A stretch of DNA of 64,000 bases, from NCBI GenBank assembly GCA_043513815.1, contig CP121313.1, positions 4,054,783 to 4,118,782 on the forward strand, read 5' to 3'. Under the pieces are notes generated by a model. That model had not been told where the DNA came from. It made no database searches and was given only the letters and a program-made list of their open reading frames with translations. Source of the stretch: Cellvibrionales bacterium. Lineage in GTDB: Bacteria; Pseudomonadota; Gammaproteobacteria; Pseudomonadales; Halieaceae. The position numbers and the translations under genes are program-made. This document shows, piece by piece, positions 63,568 through 64,000 of this stretch (position 1 is the first letter of the stretch; every line of letters starts with the position of its first letter).

Positions 63568-64000
63568 ATGAATGTCTTGTTAAAGGAATTGCGAAGCAAT
63601 CCAGTGCTGTGGCTGCTGGTGTTGGTGCCGGTGGTGCTCGTGGCTCATAAACTCAAGCCCGACGCGCACACTATGCTGTTTGTCTTGTCGGTGCTGGCCA
63701 TCATTCCCCTGGCGGCCTTCATGAGTCACGCCACGGAATCGGTGGCGTCCAAAACCGGGGATGGTGTCGGCGGTCTGCTCAATGCCACCTTTGGCAATAT
63801 GACCGAGTTGATTATCGCGCTGACCGCTCTGAAGGCGGGGGAATATATGCTGGTAAAGGCCAGTATCGCGGGCGCGATCGTCACCAATACCCTGTTTATG
63901 CTCGGCATGGCCTTTGTCCTTGGCGGACTCAAGTTTCATGTGCAGGAATACAATAAGCTCAATGCCCGCGTCTTGTCGAGTATGCTGTTTATAGCCACGG
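63568..64000 (+). CDS. calcium/proton exchanger (CaCA/CAX family), 3' end outside the window
   Basis: Not in the ORF track because it runs off the window end. My own translation from the ATG at 63568 reads MNVLLKELRSNPVLWLLVLVPVVLVAHKL...ESVASKTGDGVGGLLNATFGNMTELIIALTALKAG...IAGAIVTNTLFMLG. This contains the alpha-1 repeat (GN..EL) of CaCA exchangers. Confidence 0.85.
   Translation, partial: MNVLLKELRSNPVLWLLVLVPVVLVAHKLKPDAHTMLFVLSVLAIIPLAAFMSHATESVASKTGDGVGGLLNATFGNMTELIIALTALKAGEYMLVKASIAGAIVTNTLFMLGMAFVLGGLKFHVQEYNKLNARVLSSMLFIAT

Overview
GC-rich (over 60% G+C by eye, not computed) gammaproteobacterial chromosome segment. The gene order resembles Pseudomonas/Cellvibrionales-type core synteny, so most of the window is ordinary housekeeping DNA. 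Recognisable blocks, left to right:
- anmK, then erpA-bactofilin-argC.
- A ClC channel, then hemJ-thiD-hemL-hemB.
- An ECF sigma/DUF3619/DUF3106 module, a modF-like ATPase, mrcB and polB.
- dsbD, aroQ-accBC, prmA, dusB-fis, purHD, coq7 and crp.
- A contiguous trpEGDC operon with a Trp-codon leader peptide, then rpe and amgK-murU.
- lptD-surA-pdxA-rsmA-apaH, cca, folKB, tsaD and the rpsU-dnaG-rpoD macromolecular-synthesis operon.

One tRNA lies at 56315-56391. It has a CAU anticodon and looks like ileX (tRNA-Ile2).

Downstream of the tRNA, from about 56.4 kb to the window end, composition drops visibly and the content becomes accessory and partly decayed:
- Split small ORFs carrying an 8-bp tandem repeat with five GATC sites.
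- An internally deleted ferredoxin-nitroreductase.
- A same-strand set of genes: outer-membrane barrel, cytoplasmic DszB-family desulfinase homologue, rhodanese, CoA-disulfide-reductase/rhodanese fusion and BASS permease, followed by a CaCA antiporter.

This orphan DszB-like sulfur module is the most interesting candidate system in the window. Smaller oddities:
- An apparent frameshift in thiD.
- A perfect 24-bp in-frame triplication in an Old-Yellow-Enzyme gene.
- Two loci of triple 12-16-bp tandem repeats sharing a GCCGTCT core at convergent gene ends.
- A secreted protein with a TIMP/NTR-like cysteine pattern.
- A Cca enzyme with a degenerate HD motif.

I found no rRNA, CRISPR array, transposase or integrase. 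All homology calls come from reading the translations and from remembered family motifs; no searches were run.
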